A DNA stretch of 61,509 nucleotides, the filler included, from Choristocarpus tenellus KU-1152 (lineage: Eukaryota > Protista > Phaeophyceae), in NCBI GenBank assembly GCA_964200185.2. It is 14 parts of 14 records of this genome, joined end to end, with 100 filler letters (N's around TTAATTAATTAA, not from the genome) between each part and the next. Parts side by side here need not be neighbours in the genome. Positions count along the whole stretch, not along the records: positions 1 to 3,729 come from CAXNAD020018266.1; positions 3,830 to 8,603 come from CAXNAD020013109.1; positions 8,704 to 16,343 come from CAXNAD020005833.1; 11 more parts are not named here. One strand, given 5' to 3'. Positions 1-11,329 of this stretch are shown here, in pieces. Within the stretch, counting starts at the first letter, position 1. The number at the start of each line of letters is the position of its first letter. A program made the translations under genes and the position numbers. Below the pieces are notes generated by a model that did not search any database, had not been told where the DNA came from, and saw nothing but the letters and a program-made list of their open reading frames with translations.

Positions 1-19
1 CTCTAAGATACTTTGGCTC
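1..19. mobile_element. Terminal fragment of MITE family A
   Basis: ctctaagatactttggctc matches the TIR of full copies at 28524-28779 and 46176-46434. Confidence 0.75.
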
Positions 20-327
20 GACTGGGAGCTATCCCACCCCGTGGTCAGAGGGCACTGCACACAGCACAATTTCTTACACTAGGTGTTGCACTATGAATAG
101 AAGCACTGGCACTATTCATGCCTTCATTCTCGTGCACTGGGTCTCGTGTGCTGGGGTGCAGGCATCCAGATGGCCACCACTGCATCTCCTCCCTCAAATC
201 TTGTGCAGTACTCCCCCCAGTGCGCTCCACAGTTGAAGCCTTGCCACCCCATTTCAGTGTTACAGTTTTCAGTGATTGCCACGAGCACTTTGGAATATCA
301 AAACCAGATTTCCCTGAAAATTCGTTC

Positions 328-392
328 TGATGTCAGGCAGGTTTGAACCCACGCATTCCTGCAAGGGAATACTGGCCTTGAAGCAATGACTG
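328..392 (-). pseudogene. Degenerate tRNA-Leu-like fragment or tRNA-derived SINE head
   Basis: Minus strand reads ...ttcaaggccagtattcccttgcaggaatgcgtgggttcaaacctgcctgacatca: CAA-like loop, long variable arm and a B-box-like GGTTCAAACC. The D-arm and 5' acceptor strand are not recognisable. Confidence 0.3.
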
Positions 393-696
393 ATGAGGAC
401 GCTCATATTAAGTTGAATGGGGGAAAAAAATGCGTTGTATGATTGTAGTACATTTTCTGAATATGTTTTTGGAGGATCAACAAGATCAATGACACCCTAT
501 AAACAAGTAAGGTTGATATTTGATATGGCTGGCTTCACTTTTGTTACATAATTTCCAGTAATTTTCCCTGATACGAACACAGTTTCAGCAAAATGACAAG
601 ACCAAAACCTTTCGAAATGTGCCCTATTTCACTCATATTGTGTCTGTGTGTTTGTCTTTCTCTCCCTCATTTTCTGAACCACTGCCTGTCCACCAG

Positions 697-3565
697 GATG
701 CCTACACAATGTCACGCACAATTGCAGGTGAGCATGTGATCCAGGCTCTGGAGACACGCCTGAAACGAGTTCAGGACACTTCAGCAAACCTGGAGGGAGT
801 GGGTATCTCTTATAGGAAGATCATTGAAGTGTGTGTGTGCAACCCTCCCAAAGACAGTCGACACCTTGGAGCCTTGGAGGAGCAGGTAAGCAACAAACAA
901 CAAGCCAGAGCAGGTGGATACCAGGGTTTTGAAGGTTTGAGAAATGGGGCTGACTAGAGTTGCAGGTGATAGCATACATCCCATGCCAATGGAAAACGGA
1001 ATTGTCCATTTCAGGAGATTCAATGTGAGAAACACTCGTATCCTATTTTAATGCAAAGATAGTTTGTTGACTGATAGAGCCATGTGATAAAACACGACAA
1101 AAAAGCATCACAAACCCACACATTCCCAACCCACCTTTTCAACGATTTTTCCTGCCAGATGATTTTCTTATTTGGAATAATAGTCCAGTCCCACAGTGCC
1201 AAATGCAACTCATCTTCTTTTTTCTCTCAGAAGCACGGGACGGGTTGAAAGGTGTACAAGTTCGTTTTTGTGTATGTTGCCCAGAAAAAGTCAGAACATC
1301 CAGATTCGTTTCTTTCTTAACTCTGCCACCTCCTGTGGTGAAGGTGTCCCTTTCAAATCAACAAGCCCAAGATCTCATTGGACGTATGCAAGGTCTGCTG
1401 CTGCAAAAAGATGAGATAGAAAGTGGAGGCATTGCCCGACTTCGCATGCACTTGGCCCGAACCAAATTAGTCCGGAAAAAGGTGATGTGGTACAACCATA
1501 GGAACTCTCCATGTTGTTTTTTTCTCCTCTGGACGTGTTGGTGTGAAGTAATTAAACCTGACTTTAAAAACACAGAGCAAAGAGGACGATTTTTCGGAAA
1601 TCCAATCGAAGTGGACAGTTTCCCTACAACTCACACCTCAATCAAGAAGCAAAGCTGCCTATCCACTTTTCTTGTCACTGCATCTACGGAATTACAACCC
1701 CAAACTGATCATCCCAACTCTGTGTGGTCTAGCACTTAAGTTTTACTTTTCTGAATCCCAAATAACCAGATGCAATTAAAAATGGACCAACTAGGAGAGC
1801 AGATCAAGTCTGGTCTCAAATCCGAGAGAAGGGGACTGGGCTCCCGAGAAGAAGGAGGAGGGCCTCTTACAATAGAAGCTTCGAACAACCTCCATGCAAT
1901 GGGGAAAGACATCTGGGGCCAACGACAATGCGATGTTTTGAGGCATCAAAGCCAAAACAGGCAAGCAGGGGGGGGGAATCCTAATGTTTGTGACTTTTTT
2001 CAAATGACTAGACCCAATATAAAAGAAAAGATGCATAGTTCATGGCACATTGGCTTGGCAATCACCCAGCCGATCCCTCACCCAACAGAGACAAGTTTCT
2101 TAGAGGGTAGAGCCGTGTCCGTTTGGGGGTCAAAATCCAATTTTGCGATTTTGATATAATTTTGGCTATCGTGTTTGTTAGGAAGTGTCAATATCTATGT
2201 TACGGACACATCCTTCATAACGTATACGTTTTACCTACTCTGATCCATTTTGGAGTAGGAAAATGTCATAAAAAAAACCCATGGGAAGCCAAGCCCTAAA
2301 TGGATAAACAAGGTGAAACTCGTACCCTCTCTTAATAAGATACTTTCACTCACAGTCCAGAAGGTCTCCCAACCAACAAATACCTGACTTTAGCAATGGT
2401 TGTTCTTGCTCAACAACACCTAGAGCGGACTGCGGCATAGATGGACCCTGCTTGACCCCCCAACATCCAGAAAATCATATAATACATGGAAATATTAGAC
2501 TATAATTGGAATAGGTAATACCTTTCTTCCTGGTCGTGGACCTACAGCAGTAGAATAGTATTGCTCTAAAGACTACTGGATATTTCTCCAATTCTATATT
2601 CGAGTTGATTGTCACAAGTGAGAGACATGTCCCTACCCACTAGCCTTTTGTAAACAGGTCGAGCATCTGCCCCAATTGACCTCAGAACTACAACGAAATG
2701 TTTTCTCACCCACAGGAGTAATAGCAGTGTATCTCTGGACTATGCCTACAAAGCCTGCCAACAACTCAATATACATATGTGCCCAAATGTAACTACCCTG
2801 CCACTGTATACACTACTGCAACAAAACTGGGGTAAGTTTAAAAGCAGGCAAGCCCCTGCAATCCGTCACCTTTGCCTACAAAATACACCCACATATCTGG
2901 ACCCCAAACTTAAACCTTACAATTTCCGCAGCCGAACCTCAGTCCCTCTCCATACCTTTGTCTCCAGCCTTGAAGTAAATTGATCTTCAACATTTTGAAC
3001 CCAACCTGGGCTGATATGCACCACACCCACCGATGAACCTCTGTTCCGCCTCAAAGCCTGCCAGTCATGGGTGCAACCCCCGTGGGTACAGTAGGGTTAG
3101 GGACAGCTACTCCACAGTTACCAGGTGTCATGATTGATTCCTCTCATACTTGGTCGACCACCATCCTAGACAATGAAAATGTGAGAGCCGACAAAAGAAG
3201 CCAAAGGCCGGTCTTGGAGTGTGTATTGGACTATGTTGTAACCTGAGCACTTAACTGGGTAACGTTCCTTGAGAACACACCCTGAAGTAGAGTCTGCATA
3301 CACTTTTTTTTCTAAGTATGATTTGGAAGAAGCGCAGGAAGCTGAGCCATCTGATATTTGATGCTACAGAAATAACTAGTGCATGAGAAAGGGAGCTGAG
3401 GGTGGGGAGTTGTGATCACATTGCTGTAGCAATCAAGCTGAATAGTCCTCCCTCATCCCTACCTCACATCTGTCTCTTCAGCATAGTGTCACAAAGGATG
3501 GCATGGAGCACTTGGCCATTCTTGTTGGTGCCGTAGATGAGGAAGAACTCGTAGAGAAGTTTCAG
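697..3565 (+). CDS. Two internal exons (697-885, 3482-3565) of a probable axonemal dynein heavy chain (N-terminal stem region)
   Basis: Splice sites ccaccag|GAT...CAG|gtaagc and tcttcag|CAT...CAG|gtgagc, both phase 0 and open. The joined peptide ...YRKIIEVCVCNPPKDSRHLGALEEQ/HSVTKDGMEHLAILVGAVDEEELVEKFQ resembles the inner-arm dynein stem pattern (F..I......P....L..L.E....L..L). Exons are well supported; the family is inferred. Confidence 0.5.
2088..2351 (+). mobile_element. MITE family A, full copy (intronic)
   Basis: Degenerate TIRs gagacaagtttcttagagggta...taagatactttcactc; internal sequence is homologous to other copies; flanked by aca/aca. Confidence 0.85.
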
Positions 3566-3685
3566 GTGAGCGGGCCGGGCACAACACTTCATTGTTGTAA
3601 CCACCCTTTCATAGCACAGATTTAACAAAGACAAGTCTTTTTTTTAACACAGATCTATATATCTGGTCAGATATATCAGTTTTGT

Positions 3686-3729
3686 GACTCAAAGTACCTG
3701 GGGGGGGTGGCGATTGTCCATTTGGGGCC
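3686..3729 (+). mobile_element. MITE family B/C end truncated by contig break
   Basis: gactcaaagtacctggggggggg...gtccatttgggg matches the TIR and subterminal motif of 46841 and 12144. Confidence 0.65.
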
Positions 3730-3829
3730 NNNNNNNNNNNNNNNNNNNNNNNNNNNNNNNNNNNNNNNNNNNNTTAATTAATTAANNNNNNNNNNNNNNN
3801 NNNNNNNNNNNNNNNNNNNNNNNNNNNNN
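3730..3829. other. Artificial contig-joining linker N44-TTAATTAATTAA-N44 (13 copies in the window)
   Basis: Identical 100-bp block with stops in all six frames at 3730, 8604, 16344, 19757, 23092, 27487, 32225, 35294, 37985, 40694, 44133, 47056 and 50140. Confidence 0.98.
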
Positions 3830-5149
3830 GGAGCCAGCGGGGGGGTGGTGGCGGAGTGAGGAGTCGGAAGGGGGGGGCGGGGTGGTGTGGGGGGGGGGGG
3901 GGGGGGGAAGGGTGAGACCGAATCAGAGACTGGCTCTATACTTGCACATTTGTGTACGAAGGGTCAACAACATTTGTACGGTGTACTTGTGTAGCACGAC
4001 AAAGGGTTGCTGACACAAATCAAAATAATAAAAATTTGGCTACAAGGGTACAACCTCTCCACGAAATAATTTGAGAACTGAGCATACTGGTGTTAAGCTG
4101 GATCTTACGAACACACACATGTGTACATATATCTATGCTACTCAGAGGGGTTTACCAAGGGCGTTCATAACTGTCGAGGCACGCACTTGAAGCTAAAGTG
4201 TTCAAGACAATACTCACTAGTATGTTCTGCAGTAAGAAACACCACTGGGGCGTCCTTGAAGGAATTAAGTGGCTGCAATCCAAAACAACAATACTCTGGA
4301 GAAGTTAATCGCACTAATTCTCTGTGTGAATACAAGCTCAGTTCGCAATCACTACAGTGCCGCAACAATTCCACTACTTGGACCGGTACAAAGCACATTG
4401 CGAGGTTGTTGACAAAAGGTGTACCTCGCAGTTGCACATTTCCAGAACCCAATGCTGGAGCTAAAGCGAGTTGACAACTGTAAAGAACAGATCCCAGAAT
4501 CATGACCAGCACAGCTGAAACCTGCCCTAACCCTAACCCCCTCTCTCAGGCAACTCTTTTTCGAATATTGGAAGTCAAACAGCTGTTGCAGTTGGATTGT
4601 GAACCGAGCCATGACAGGGCCTCCCAACACATGACAGTACACACCACTATGGGAAACTCACTCAACAGAAAAAAGAACGAGTTGCTCTTATGCAATCAAT
4701 GGAAGTCACAAGGTTCATCCAAAACTTTCCCTTGGGTGGATAAATGAAGCACATTATTGCTCGAGTAACCGAGAACATTACGCCTCACGACTCTCTGCCC
4801 CCCCCCTCTCTGGTACTATTATAGGCACTACTTATCATTCTTCATATAGTCAGCAATGTAGTTCTGAGGGTAATGTTATTGCTTATGTACAAAGGGGAGG
4901 GTATTCATAGAGGTATCTCTAAACCAGAACGGTTCAAAAGTGGGGGTGGAGATTAAGACTCGACAGTGAACAAGATCCCTCGCTATGGGATATAACCTCC
5001 ACACCTCCCCCCTCACTGAGCCCAAATTCTGTTTCAAAGGTTGCTTACTGTTGTATAGGGCAGTACTCCAGGCGTGTTGTACTTAGGATTAGAACAACCA
5101 CCGACAACCTCCAAAAAGAGACAGCCCAAGTCTCAACCCCAGCGCTCAC

Positions 5150-5347
5150 CTCTTTCATCTTGGAGGGGTTGTGCTTCTTGTAAAATTCCGTAAGGCGTGT
5201 TCGTGGATCCTGCCCCAGTCCCACCGTCACCCCAAACCGACTGCTCGCAATTGCTTCGAAGGCCCAGATAAGACCCGTGAGCACAAATGGGCCGAACATC
5301 ACCAAGAGCAGGCACAGAGGTAAAATCTGGCAACGAGTACAGCACAT
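5150..5347 (-). CDS. Probable first exon of a membrane-anchored hypothetical protein with an RL.xFY.KHNP.K motif
   Basis: ATG at 5347, hydrophobic segment, then DPRTRLTEFYKKHNPSKMKE ending at donor GAG|gtgagc. Downstream exons were not identified. Confidence 0.55.
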
Positions 5348-8126
5348 ACTAATATTTATATGGGTGTGCACACGCCGTGTGTGCGTGCCTGTTGCGTGCT
5401 TGTCGTCACTGCTTCTAACACAGCTATCAGTGTCGAGGATCATCATATGCAGCAGATATCGATAGTTCAATTCATATGAGACTATGAGCCTTCTTATTAC
5501 GAAAGGAAACATTATCGCACATCAGAACCACAACTTGGTCGTTACGCTCCACTACATTAGATCAATCTTAAAATCACAAGTAGACGCCTGGCTACAACGA
5601 GATACTGGAGTCCCCAACGCTATCAATTCGGTTTATCAGTTATCATTTTCATTTATATCGTTGCTCGTAGTAAATCCAATCACAACAATACATGCCAATC
5701 AAATCCGAAAGAATGCATACGTGAAATCTCTTTGCTTGATATGCAAACATGTAAGCACGAGGACATTCGGTCAATTCTCGCAGACGCCAGGAGTTCAATA
5801 CCCTTCCTACAACGTGTCAGCATAAATCCCTGTACCACTAGACTCTTCCGGAGGACAAGTCAGTGATGTGTCATTAACCACATGGAGTCCGAAAGATATA
5901 ACACAAGAGAAGTTAAACGTGTTGAACCAAGGGCGGTATACACAGCATATCATGCCGACCACGAGATGTAGAGACTTGCACTCGCTTTCGACAGTCCACA
6001 GCCCATCGACATTAATGTAGTATACAAATTTTTCTCTAGCATATCTATCACTAGATGATCAATTGGAAAGTAAGCAGGTATAGGTCAACAACTTCCCCTG
6101 TCCATCCGGGCACACACGCCTCGTGTACTGGACACCTCACCTTGATGCCCTCTTTCTTCCTTGGTCGCATCTTTCCTTGGGGATCGTCATCCTCTTCACT
6201 CCTTAGCCCTTGGAGCTTGCCCAGTCGCGGCCCTCCGGTTACAGGTGCTGCAGACATTAGCCTTACTTGGAGTTTCTGTGGTTGCACCTTCTCCAAGTGC
6301 GCTTGTGTTTTTGGGTTGGGGGCGGTGTATCATGTGTTGTTTATGGATTGGTGGATGCATCGTGCGATCGGCGAGCTTGGCGCGATCCTGTTGCACATGT
6401 TTCGGATTGACCTCAACAACAATTTTTTTGATCAGGTTGGAGTAGTACAAAGAGATCAATAGAGGGAGGGCCCTTGCTTACAGACAGGAGAGATATCTAG
6501 GGGCGAGCTACGAGGCAAGGCAGGTGGATAGTCGGAATGCAGTAAGGGCCTTTCTGCCGGACTTCTTTCTATCCTTTCTCTTTGCAAGGTTGTGCGGGTT
6601 CCAAGATGAGGCGAAGTACTCTATTGTGCCTCACGGCACTCGGGACAGCTGCAACGACGACTAATGCTTTTCTTTGCGCTGGACCTTCCTCCTTTTGTGA
6701 GAAAAAATGATGTACTTGGGCTCCAATGGGTTGCTAAATAGCACTAGCTGATGGGGGAGGTGTGACACGTATGCAAGACTGCCACAAGTGGGTCATGCAC
6801 AATTACAAATGACAGTGATAATTTACCTCGTGGATGTGGTGGATGTCATCGTGATGCATTTAGGGTACCAATCTGATCTCCATCTTTCGTACTGATGGAA
6901 TAATGGGCAACTCTTGTATTGCCCTTGCTAGGGTTCATGCCGCGAGAACGTACACTAGTATCGTTTCCTCCATAGATCCTCCATCAAACATTTCCTCCTC
7001 GTTCCTCTCCTTGTTATCGTTCTGTTCCTACAGCTCTTGCTCGACCATGGGCTGTAGGAAAGGTGCAAACTTCTTCAAGGCGATCAGTATGTAGCATGTC
7101 TGGTGGTAACGCTGATGGTGACTTCCGACCCACGGTTCACCCAGCAGTCGCCGCAGCCATGGGACTGGTCCTTTTGTCGTCAGACCCAGCTCTGTCCTCT
7201 GCCACGGCGGCTGCCTTGACCTCCACCTATTCCCCAACAGCCTTGATGATCAGTGCCGATGATGATACCAAAGGGAGCGAGCTTAAGAGCCTACTCGGAG
7301 AGGTAGGTGTGTCACATATCAAGCGGATTATCGATGATATATGTGACTCTGGATGTTGAGGTAGACGTACAGTACAAGCATACGTATTCCTCACGCCGGA
7401 GGGGCGGAGAGGGTTTCACACCTTACGTTGATCCTCTCTCGGATAATCTGAGTGTCCAAGGCTGTCAGAAAGGAGTAGAGTTGGGGCGGTTGTCGAGAAA
7501 GGAGGAATCAATGGAGCGTGTGTTTCTCGCTTTGGCACGAGGCGTTTTGTGTGGCAGTGCTTGTTTTAGGTCTGGGTTTCCAGGGTATAAGTGGAGTCAG
7601 TCCAATATCTGCGTGGCCGGGGTTGTACCATCAATTTGATGACAAGACACTGCTTCTGCACTACTTTCAAGTTGAAGGTTTTGTGGAAGAGGTCTTCTAT
7701 CTTTAGGTGTCTGTTGAGATCCTTCTCGGGCTAAGGATAGTGGCCTGTGGCCAAGAGGAAGGAAATGAGCAAAGCACAAAGTTCCTGCAGCTATGGCACA
7801 TGCTGTGCACCCCCTCACCGACCCCCTGTGTGCACCCCGTAAAACATCTCTGAAGACGATTTCAACCAAGACATGTGTTGAACGTAGCAGACTTTTGTTT
7901 GGAAAGTTACGTGATGGTGATATTGATGATGATTAGGAGGCAAGGGCCCTCTTCATTCTAGTGTCACGTCAAATTGATACATACCATGTACAATGCCTCC
8001 TTCGGTATATCCCCACCACACAGATCCCCTGATCCAACCCTTCCTCTGCTCTGTCCTCTCCTCTTGCAATTGTCTCGAACTCTTCACTCCTCTGCACTAA
8101 TGTACCTTCTGTGTTTTGCCCTGTAG

Positions 8127-8477
8127 TACAAGGTTGAGGTGACCAAGCCTCCAACCGAGGCAACACCAGCACCTGCACCAGCGCCAAGAACACCCACAAC
8201 CACACGCAAAGCTGCAAAGAAGGCACCCGCACCAGCACCAGCCCCTGAAGCAGCTACGACCCCAGCACCAGAGCCTGCAGCCCCAGTGCCTGCACCTGTG
8301 CTTGCGCCGGCACCAGCACCTGCACCTGTGCCAGTCCCTAAGCCAGCTCCAGTCCCAAAACCGGCACCTGCCCCCAAGCCTGCAACAGTGAAAAAGCCTT
8401 CACCGGTGAAAAAGCCTTCACCTGCAAAGAAACCCTCGGGACCATCGGCAGCGCAGAGGGCTGCCGCAACCAAAAAG
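8127..8477 (+). CDS. Internal exon encoding a Pro/Ala/Lys-rich low-complexity linker
   Basis: ccctgtag|TAC AAG...AAG|gttggg, 117 open codons (PAPAP and KKPSP repeats with varied synonymous codons). Confidence 0.7.
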
Positions 8478-8551
8478 GTTGGGATAGGAATCAGGGGAGG
8501 AGGCTGGTAGGGGCGGGGGAGCTCTGTTGTGTAGAGGTTGGATTGATTGCT

Positions 8552-8603
8552 GAGTGAAACTATCTTAGAGGGTACGAATTTTTCCCTGTTTGTCCATTTG
8601 TGG
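8552..8603 (-). mobile_element. MITE family A end at contig break
   Basis: gagtgaaactatcttagagggtacgaatttttccctgtttgtccatttgtgg; identical to the copy at 16276 onward. Confidence 0.85.
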
Positions 8604-8964
8604 NNNNNNNNNNNNNNNNNNNNNNNNNNNNNNNNNNNNNNNNNNNNTTAATTAATTAANNNNNNNNNNNNNNNNNNNNNNNNNNNNNNNNNNNNNNNNN
8701 NNNCGGTACCACGGTATAACGGTATATGGCATACGGCAATAACGTTATAAAAACAGACAAACATGTTTTCCACATGTATATATATATCTTATTCTTCACC
8801 ATAACTGCACGACCAACATACATAAACCAATATACCTGTTTGAACATACTCGAAATCCGACACATGCAAATGTCGAAACTCCTAACCAAACCCAATTAAA
8901 TGGTGGCATATATTTCCATTCCTCTTGCATAAGCAAGGACAGAAAGGAACCTAACTAACAGTCT

Positions 8965-9267
8965 TCTTTTTTTTGCTGACATTTAAAATCCGACACGTGC
9001 GACCAAATCACACCAAAAGGTGAATCGAAAAAGGGTAAAAAATGGATGCTGGCACCCTCCCCCCCAGATAATTTGACCCTTTTTTTAATTCAATTTCTCC
9101 ACTCCAAAATGTTTCGGAGGAGGTCAAATGTATACATTATGAAAAGGTGTGTCCGGAACAAGGATACTGACACTTCCGAACAATGTAACCAAAATTACAT
9201 CAAAATCGCAACTTTGGATTTTAGCCCACAAATGGACGTGGTTCTACCCTCTAAGATATTTCGGCTC
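8965..9267 (-). mobile_element. Adjacent MITE fragments: family C end (8965-9079) and partial family A (about 9094-9267)
   Basis: 8965-9079 is homologous to the reverse complement of 46841-46957 and ends cagataatttgaccc; 9094-9267 ends taccctctaagatatttcggctc. Confidence 0.8.
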
Positions 9268-11329
9268 AGTGGGTAAAATATTAAAAACCTGTGGGAAGGC
9301 CAAGCCCCAGTTGAACGAACAGGTAAGAAATCGTACCATCTAAATACGTTCACCCAGAACATAAAGAAAACAAAAGCAGTAAAAGTGAGAAGACCCCTCA
9401 ATTACGAAGGAAAATCTCTTATTATTTTTCCCCCTCTTGGCACTTCTTCTCGCTTCTGACATCGTTTCTACAACAAGCTCTGACAATGATATTGGTCACT
9501 CCCCTAGCAATGAGAATTACAATTTTCACATTCTTCTTCCAATGATCAATGCCCAACAAGGCATCATTCAACCCACATGTCACAATATCTGGGTCAGAAC
9601 ATCCATCCATTGGGCATTCTGGTGCATGGAAAATATTGGTGACGGTGACTGTGGGATCCATACCCTTCTTATCAACGCCACCACATCTTTATCAGGGTCA
9701 CAGTTGTGTTCACACACATCTGTGACCCTGATAAAGATGTGGTGGATATACTCCTTCATTCTTCTTTCCTGGGTGTCCCTCGCAATATTTTTTTTGTATC
9801 CTTAGTTCAACCACCTCATATATGCAGTATATTTCTTGGCATTAAATCCCTCTGAAGAATTACATGCTTTAAGATAATCCTTTAGCAAAAATGCTGTGGA
9901 GTGATAATCCTGTTGAGAAGAATTCTTGTGTATAAGATGACACAACCATAATGGGCGAATGCCGACTTTGTACGGTAAGATTAACCACTAAACATGTGCT
10001 TGAGCAGCGGTAGCACGCAGACCACAGGGAGGGTCTGTCACATGTAATAGGTGATTAAAAGAGGGAGGACTTCACAACGTATTAGACATGATGATCCACC
10101 AACAGGGTTCCAACATTGTATTCCATAGATACATCACAGGGCAGGTCTCTTCAGACAGAAACCACAATCTGAAAAATCACATGTACTATGGACCTGTAAA
10201 TATAGTTAGTATCGCAACCCTCCTCCCATTCCACCTTTGATCACTCAACATTCCTTGGGTATTTATACTATGGAGGGTGGGGATATATTTTCAGTGGACA
10301 GCAACCTTTGCATGGATGTGGTCTATGTTGGGGCACTATTGGATGCTAGCTCAGGTCTCTACCATGACGACAGTCTATTTCTGGATGTTTTTCCAGAGGT
10401 CGAAGTAGCTTGTCATTTGACCCAATTCATACACCTTCCCAAAGCATGACAAGGTTGACTTTAAAAGAAAAACTGTCAAGTCCTTAGCGCCTCCAGTTTA
10501 CTTTGCCTCAATTGCATAGCAGCTGCTACAACCAGGATGCTACGGCTCTCCCACAACGGGGGACCTTTGCAACCTTGTAGTTTTATTACATCTTCGAGAT
10601 GAAAAAAATGAGGCAACTTGGTAAGAAAGAGAAGCACTTTTATGTATAAAGAGGCCTGGGGGAGCAATACTGAATAAAGGCTGTCACGCGTCACGTTTAC
10701 GACTTATGGCATCCATCGTTACATCGGGAACTGATTGGAAATGGGTTGGAATTGAAGTGTGCTGAGAAGTACGTGCAAAAAACTGGAATTTTCATTTTAT
10801 TAAAATATTCAAAAAAAGAAGCCAACCCTCTCGAGTAATTGTTTATACTTCATCCATGGACATACGAGTGAATCGAGAAGACATGCTTACACTGTAAACG
10901 ACCAAAAAAGTACTCGTATATGTCTACTCAATCATCTTCAGCGCAACTAGACAAGGCAGAGGAATTAGGCCTATCACACCTTGTTCCATCCTGATGTGGT
11001 TTTATTTCCTTAGCTTTACAAAAGAAATGGTAACTGCACCCAGACCTGGAGATAATGGGCACTGCAATGTTACAATTTCATGCTCACATAGTTCAAGAAA
11101 AAGTTTCTTTTCAACGATCTATATTCTAAACTTTTCATGTTGTGGAAATGAAAGAGAGACAACAGATGTCAAGCTTCCACTGCTATGCCCCAGACTCCAC
11201 CCTAGTTGGGCATAGATGCACGCAGTCTAAAAATGCAATCCAGCACAGCATTCCAAAAACTAAATTGGGTTGACATGCACAATGACAGTTGCCCGTAGAA
11301 AAATACTCCAGTCAGCTCTCTCCAAATGC

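Noticed and set aside
960-1740. 178-aa ORF at 1203-1739 or piggyBac C-terminal Cys-rich remnant
   Set aside because: Lies inside an intron; Cys clusters are suggestive but no diagnostic motif could be confirmed.
3774-3785. Regularly recurring TTAATTAATTAA as a biological repeat
   Set aside because: Embedded in symmetric N44 pads at all 13 junctions; it is a six-frame-stop assembly linker. The unpadded instance near 23329 looks like a chance AT-rich match.
6050-7900. Cluster of overlapping 60-135-aa ORFs
   Set aside because: No recognisable domain or splice pattern; probably a decayed retroelement, not assignable.
8084-8473. Gly/Ala-rich minus-strand ORF
   Set aside because: Antisense shadow of the Pro/Ala-rich plus-strand exon.
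9400-10500. Possible hAT-like transposase relic
   Set aside because: Too degenerate to support by eye.
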